Assembly: GCA_029856365.1 (NCBI GenBank)
Contig: JAHQWW010000066.1
Location: 1-21,098, forward strand
Length of the DNA stretch: 21,098 nucleotides
DNA from: Candidatus Hodarchaeota archaeon
GTDB lineage: Archaea; Asgardarchaeota; Heimdallarchaeia; Hodarchaeales; Hodarchaeaceae
Direction of reading: 5' to 3'
Positions 17,147 through 21,098 of the stretch are shown here, piece by piece. A program made the translations under genes and the position numbers. A model generated the notes under the pieces. It saw only the letters and a program-made list of their open reading frames with translations, searched no databases and was not told the origin of the DNA. The first letter of the stretch is position 1, and every line of letters begins with the position of its first letter.

Positions 17147-17854
17147 CTAAAACACGACTCTATATTCAACTATTCGCCGGAGAAATTTCGCCATCGATAC
17201 TGTGTGCTTTGTTTCGGATAAATTTGAAGGACTGCCTTGGAACCCCGTCCTTGACACAAATTCAGAAAGCATTTCCATTAACTCGTTCGCATCCCAACTC
17301 GCGATTTTATCTAGGGTATCTAGACCAGCATCAAAGAATAATCGTGCACGTTTCTTTTTCAATCCCCCTATCCTAGCGAGATTGGATAATTTCACTAGTT
17401 CTATAATGTAGTCAAGAGGAACTCTTGATTGTTTCGCAAGCTCTGCTCTCCTAATAGGATTCTTGCCTTTCTCAAGAATTTGACTTGCAGTTCTGAGACC
17501 TATTGAAGCAAGCATCTTGACATATTCTTTGTTAACATTTTGAAAATCTCTGAGGTTATATTTCTCTAGTTGAACAAGTTCCTTGATCTCATTAGCAGTT
17601 TTATGCAAGGTCAAATCGTCTGTATACCAATAATAATATTGAACTCCCCATAAATATTGATAAGTGTTTAATCCCTGTTCTTTTCCCCATACAAAGGCGA
17701 AATCCTCGATATCCTCCCGAGTAACTTCATCTAGCCCTTTATTTTTAGTAGTCAAATAATCCTCAAATGTTTTCACTCGATTGATATAACTATTGATAGT
17801 AGCATCTGATTTTTTCTTTTGTTTAAGAAAAGACCTAAATTCATTTTCCTTCAA
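17147..17854 (-). CDS. Integrase N-terminal SAM-like domain fused to a DUF4332 (HhH) domain
   Basis: FRSFLKQKKKSDATINSYINRVKTF..VTREDIEDF, then LASIGLRT..LSNLARIGGL..ARLFFDAGLDTLDKIA. Confidence 0.7.
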   Translation of the reverse strand: MKENEFRSFLKQKKKSDATINSYINRVKTFEDYLTTKNKGLDEVTREDIEDFAFVWGKEQGLNTYQYLWGVQYYYWYTDDLTLHKTANEIKELVQLEKYNLRDFQNVNKEYVKMLASIGLRTASQILEKGKNPIRRAELAKQSRVPLDYIIELVKLSNLARIGGLKKKRARLFFDAGLDTLDKIASWDANELMEMLSEFVSRTGFQGSPSNLSETKHTVSMAKFLRRIVEYRVVF

Positions 17855-18080
17855 AAATGTGGCCTTAATTCTGTTTAAAATTATAATCGAATTATTAACA
17901 TTTATAATTTATCCTTATGGTAAAAATGGAAACAATTAAGTTAGTATAGATTGCTAAGTTGGTCTAATAAAAAAATCCATCATAAACAAGTAATACTTTG
18001 TGAGTCTTTTCGAGAAACCTTTAATAACTTCAAGAAACTCATACTCTAAGTTAAGGAAAAAACTAGAGTTGGGATTGACC

Positions 18081-18638
18081 ATGAAGCACTTGCCTTCATC
18101 TTTAGAAAAAGAATTAATTTCAATTTTTAAAGAAACAGATGTTATAAAGTTTGGCAATTTTGAACTAAAAAATGGCAGTTTATCCACGGTTTATATTGAT
18201 TTACGAGTTTTGCCTAATTATCCAAAAGAATTTCAAGAGACTATAAAGATAATGGCAAACTCTATAAGAAGCAATACAGATATCGGGTCTTTTGATGGTA
18301 TTATTGCCCCACCATTAGCAGGAATTCCTTTAGGGGTTGCATTAGCGCTTGAAATGAATAAAGAATTCTATTTGGCTCGTTCAAAGCCTAAAAAGCATGG
18401 TACTAGGAGATTAATAGAGGGAAATATTTCAAAAAAACGTATTATAATCGTCGATGATGTAATTTCTACTGGGGAGAGTAAAATTCCAATATTAAATGCG
18501 ATTCGTGATAAGGGGGGGATAGTTGATATAATGTTTGTAGTCATAAATCGAGTCTCCACAAAAGAAAAATTAACGGAATTTGAACAACAAAATCGTGTAA
18601 AGGTTCATTATATGCTGTCATTGAAGGATTTAATTTAA
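18081..18638 (+). CDS. pyrE: Orotate phosphoribosyltransferase
   Basis: FGNFELKNG..YIDLR, AGIPLG, RSKPKKHG, PRPP motif IVDDVISTGES. ATG at 18081 preferred over 18000. Confidence 0.9.
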   Translation: MKHLPSSLEKELISIFKETDVIKFGNFELKNGSLSTVYIDLRVLPNYPKEFQETIKIMANSIRSNTDIGSFDGIIAPPLAGIPLGVALALEMNKEFYLARSKPKKHGTRRLIEGNISKKRIIIVDDVISTGESKIPILNAIRDKGGIVDIMFVVINRVSTKEKLTEFEQQNRVKVHYMLSLKDLI

Positions 18639-18662
18639 CCTAAAGAAATCGTGGTTCAATAT

Positions 18663-19469
18663 TTATTCTGCTGAGAAACCATCTAAAATTCTGGTAGCAA
18701 GAACTTCAATATTTTTACTGAAGGGGTGGTCAGGATGTTGCAATGAGAAAATACTCCGTGATCCCTCACGAGCTACCTCGCAAAAACATGGAATGGAAGT
18801 TAACACATCCATACGCATCTCTTCGGTAATTGTTTTTTCAAAAGTACTGACCAACTCCATATCCTTGTCACTCCAAACCCCATGCTCGGGAGGACAAGTT
18901 TCCGCTACAACTCGGTTTAACACAACATAGTTTTTCGAGTCTAACAAGCTATAGAGTTGTTGAACCATACTTTTAGTACCACTAATGTCAAAATCATCAG
19001 CCTTCAAGACAAGACAGGTGACATCCGAGATAACTAACCCATCAATACTCTCCATCTGAACACCAGGACTGGTGTCGATAATGGTGTAGTCGAAACCAGA
19101 CTCAGAGAGTTCGTCACGAAGACGTAGAATGCGTTTCAAGGAGCGTTGACGTTGCTTCTTATCAGCGCGGACAATATCACTCATCTTCCTGAAGTCAGTA
19201 GAAGCAAACGCGGCAAAAAGGGGTATTTTGTATTGATCTTCAAAGGATACAAGTAAATCGCGTCCCTTTAGGTCTGGATCAAACAATAAATCATTGATAG
19301 TGACCTCAGAGTCGACTCCACAGAGCGTTTGTAGATTGGGGCCTCGGAAGTCCAAATCTAGGAGCGCAGTTTTATGTCCTTTGCGAGCTAATACAGTTGC
19401 AAGATTAGCTGATAAATGAGTTTTTCCAGTTCCTCCTTTATAACTATGAAAAGCTATTATTCTCATCAT
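18663..19469 (-). CDS. MinD/ParA family ATPase
   Basis: Deviant Walker A HSYKGGTGKT, LDLDFRGPNL, IIDTSPG, VLNRV. ATG at 19469 or 19466 follows a GGGTGGT RBS. Confidence 0.92.
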   Translation of the reverse strand: MMRIIAFHSYKGGTGKTHLSANLATVLARKGHKTALLDLDFRGPNLQTLCGVDSEVTINDLLFDPDLKGRDLLVSFEDQYKIPLFAAFASTDFRKMSDIVRADKKQRQRSLKRILRLRDELSESGFDYTIIDTSPGVQMESIDGLVISDVTCLVLKADDFDISGTKSMVQQLYSLLDSKNYVVLNRVVAETCPPEHGVWSDKDMELVSTFEKTITEEMRMDVLTSIPCFCEVAREGSRSIFSLQHPDHPFSKNIEVLATRILDGFSAE

Positions 19470-19497
19470 TACCACCCGTGATAACTTCAATGAATCG

Positions 19498-20184
19498 TTA
19501 TTTTTTATAAGATTTGATGTGGATCGTGTGTTTGTTATGGGAGTTTGTAGAATTATTTACTTCACGTTGTTTTTCTACTATAAAATCCAACGACCCATTA
19601 TCATTTGAGTCTTTAGTATCTTCCTCCTCCTCCTCCTCTTCCTCCTCCTCAATTTCACCAATTTTAAAGAATAAAACTTTTTTTCCCTGTCGTCTCTTTG
19701 AGACAAATCCCCGATCGACTAACTGATTCAGGTAATCTGATTCAAGAGAACGAGATTTACCCGTTTCTCTGGAGACTTCTGAAGCTGATGCGCCCCTATC
19801 ACGCTTCCAAAGTGTTTGAAAAGTATCTCTGAGGTGATGAGGAATTTGGGTGAGCAAGTCTAATCCCGTAGAGATCTCTTTGATGTGAGGTTTGGGAGTT
19901 TTCTTGATTACTCCCATATCGAAGAACCGATCAATCCTATGACTGATGCCCTTGGTTACCTTTTTGATATCTTGAATTTCAGCATAAATGCCCCGAATCA
20001 TAAGATCAAGGCCTTCATTTGATTTTTGGAGGTCTTTATGGGATTTTTGGATGATTTGAATGTCCTCTCGAACCCCCTGAAGACTTTGGTGAATCAGCTT
20101 AGGGATAGCTTGTTGTAAGCCAAGATCAGTGAATTCAACAGATTTTTTCTCATTTTGCTTTTTTTCCTCGTCTGCTGAACCCAT
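19498..20184 (-). CDS. Coiled-coil + winged-helix DNA-binding protein with acidic tail, probably cotranscribed with MinD/ParA
   Basis: Heptads VREDIQIIQKSHKDLQKSNEGL..IQDIKK; HTH SASEVSRETGKSRSLESDYLNQLVDRGFVSKRRQGKKVLF; E10 tract. Confidence 0.85.
   Translation of the reverse strand: MGSADEEKKQNEKKSVEFTDLGLQQAIPKLIHQSLQGVREDIQIIQKSHKDLQKSNEGLDLMIRGIYAEIQDIKKVTKGISHRIDRFFDMGVIKKTPKPHIKEISTGLDLLTQIPHHLRDTFQTLWKRDRGASASEVSRETGKSRSLESDYLNQLVDRGFVSKRRQGKKVLFFKIGEIEEEEEEEEEEDTKDSNDNGSLDFIVEKQREVNNSTNSHNKHTIHIKSYKK
19621..19650 (-). repeat. In-frame (GAG/GAA)10 trinucleotide tract encoding poly-Glu
   Basis: ttcctcctcctcctcctcttcctcctcctc on the + strand. Confidence 0.85.
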
Positions 20185-20404
20185 GAAAAACGCCAGAACA
20201 CTAATGTTTATTTGTTGATGATGAAAATTAAAATAAAATTTTAATGTTTTGTTTTGCCTAAAATGAAATCGGAAGATGTTCCATATTTTTATACTTGATC
20301 CATGGTCTTATCTCTCCAAATAAATAATAGCTCATACCGACAAAAATTACCTACTTGAATATTGAGCTCAGAGATGAGTAACACTGACCTCAATATGAAT
20401 CCCT

Positions 20405-20671
20405 CTAATTAACAGGACAGTAAAAGTGAGACCGTAAGTCATGTAAGTCAGGAACACGACGAACTTTATTCTCATCCACTAGGATCTTTAATGCATAACG
20501 AATAGTCCTGTTAGATAAAGAAGTATAGTTCCCAATCTCGCGAGGTTTCAAAGCGCCATTGGTACAAAGCAATGAATAGACCTCTTGAGCAGATTTGGGG
20601 AGGTGGGTCACCTTATCATCAGGCTGCTCATTTTCAATCACTTTGCTTGAAATCTGAGATTCTAATGCCAT
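20405..20671 (-). CDS. Small archaeal winged-helix (MarR-like) regulator
   Basis: LPKSAQEVYSLL..LSNRTIRYALKIL..DLRSHFY; AGGTGGT RBS. Confidence 0.88.
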   Translation of the reverse strand: MALESQISSKVIENEQPDDKVTHLPKSAQEVYSLLCTNGALKPREIGNYTSLSNRTIRYALKILVDENKVRRVPDLHDLRSHFYCPVN

Positions 20672-20733
20672 TATTTACCACCTAACGAGGTTTCAAGATG
20701 ATACTAATTGTTTCAGAGTGGTTTCAAACTCTA

Positions 20734-20782
20734 TCGTCAACTCATCAACAAATGATCAGCAAATCATCAACACTTTATAAGT
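20734..20782 (-). promoter_or_regulatory. TATA-like box (TTATAAAA on the minus strand, about 20781-20774) followed by an 11-bp-period direct-repeat array (TCATCAACAAA consensus)
   Basis: tcatcaacaaa 20742-20752, tgatcagcaaa 20753-20763, tcatcaacact 20764-20774, partial tcgtcaac 20734-20741. Confidence 0.6.
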
Positions 20783-21098
20783 TTTACTAAACATGCAATC
20801 CAGACATCTTCTGGTCTTCCCCTCAATTTTTTCAGGTTCTAACTTTTTCTTTTCTCTTCTTTTATAACTCCTTTTTGAGATCACTGTGTTTTCTTATTTA
20901 TTAGACTAAATACTTTATCAAGATACTTTTCCTAGCATTACATGATTTCTTTATTTTAATCATAAGACATGCGAACCTTGGAATTACTGTCACAGGTATT
21001 ATTTTTGAGAATTCAGATAAAAAGAGCTTCTCATGTCCCTCTTTTGAAAATCTTAACTTAACTTTGGATATGTTCATAAGTTTTAAAGTCTGCTGAAC

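Noticed and set aside
17147-17854. Integrase or mobile element
   Set aside because: Only an N-terminal SAM-like domain is present. There is no catalytic domain, att-like repeat or tRNA target.
563-19726. Small shadow ORFs in the track (563-790, 753-965, 2922-3110, 4617-4943, 5567-5830, 7809-8027, 10311-10511, 12785-13000, 13172-13411, 14091-14327, 14565-14765, 17202-17411, 17954-18187, 18368-18559, 19514-19726)
   Set aside because: They are antisense or out-of-frame overlaps of well-supported genes and carry no protein motifs.
20690-20774. GTTTCA(A) and 11-bp repeats read as a CRISPR array
   Set aside because: The units are only 6-11 nt, there are no 30-40-nt spacers and no cas genes.
20901-21098. 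66-codon open frame on the minus strand running in from the window edge
   Set aside because: It has no recognisable motif, the antisense frame is also open, and it cannot be judged without the flanking sequence.

Overview
AT-rich window from an archaeon, most likely an Asgard archaeon (Heimdallarchaeia-like; inferred from gene content). The supporting genes are a Rab-like small GTPase with WDLAGQ and no prenylation motif, a tandem Roadblock/LC7 protein, an archaeal type II GAPDH and a PIG-B/Alg9-like GT22, with GGTG/GGAG-type RBSs. Left (1-4.8 kb): putative signalling region with a Zn-finger + degenerate PD-(D/E)XK protein, the GTPase, a probably frameshifted MarR-like wHTH, a TPR + degenerate Mrr-like protein and the double Roadblock protein. 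Middle (5-14.8 kb): gap preceded by two paralogous long-winged wHTH genes, nitroreductase, a GalT-like transferase divergent from a highly atypical RtcB-fold protein, the GT22 mannosyltransferase and an ABC permease/ATPase pair. Right: TetR/DUF998/DinB/DUF4332 block, pyrE, and a MinD/ParA ATPase with two wHTH genes whose upstream regions share an 11-bp repeat. The best candidate for an undescribed system is the RtcB-fold protein, which keeps the metal/His core but lacks the RNA-binding motifs and sits between GalT-like and GT22 genes. The MinD/ParA-wHTH-repeat module is second. No rRNA, tRNA, CRISPR array or transposase was seen. All family calls come from motif recognition by eye, not database searches.
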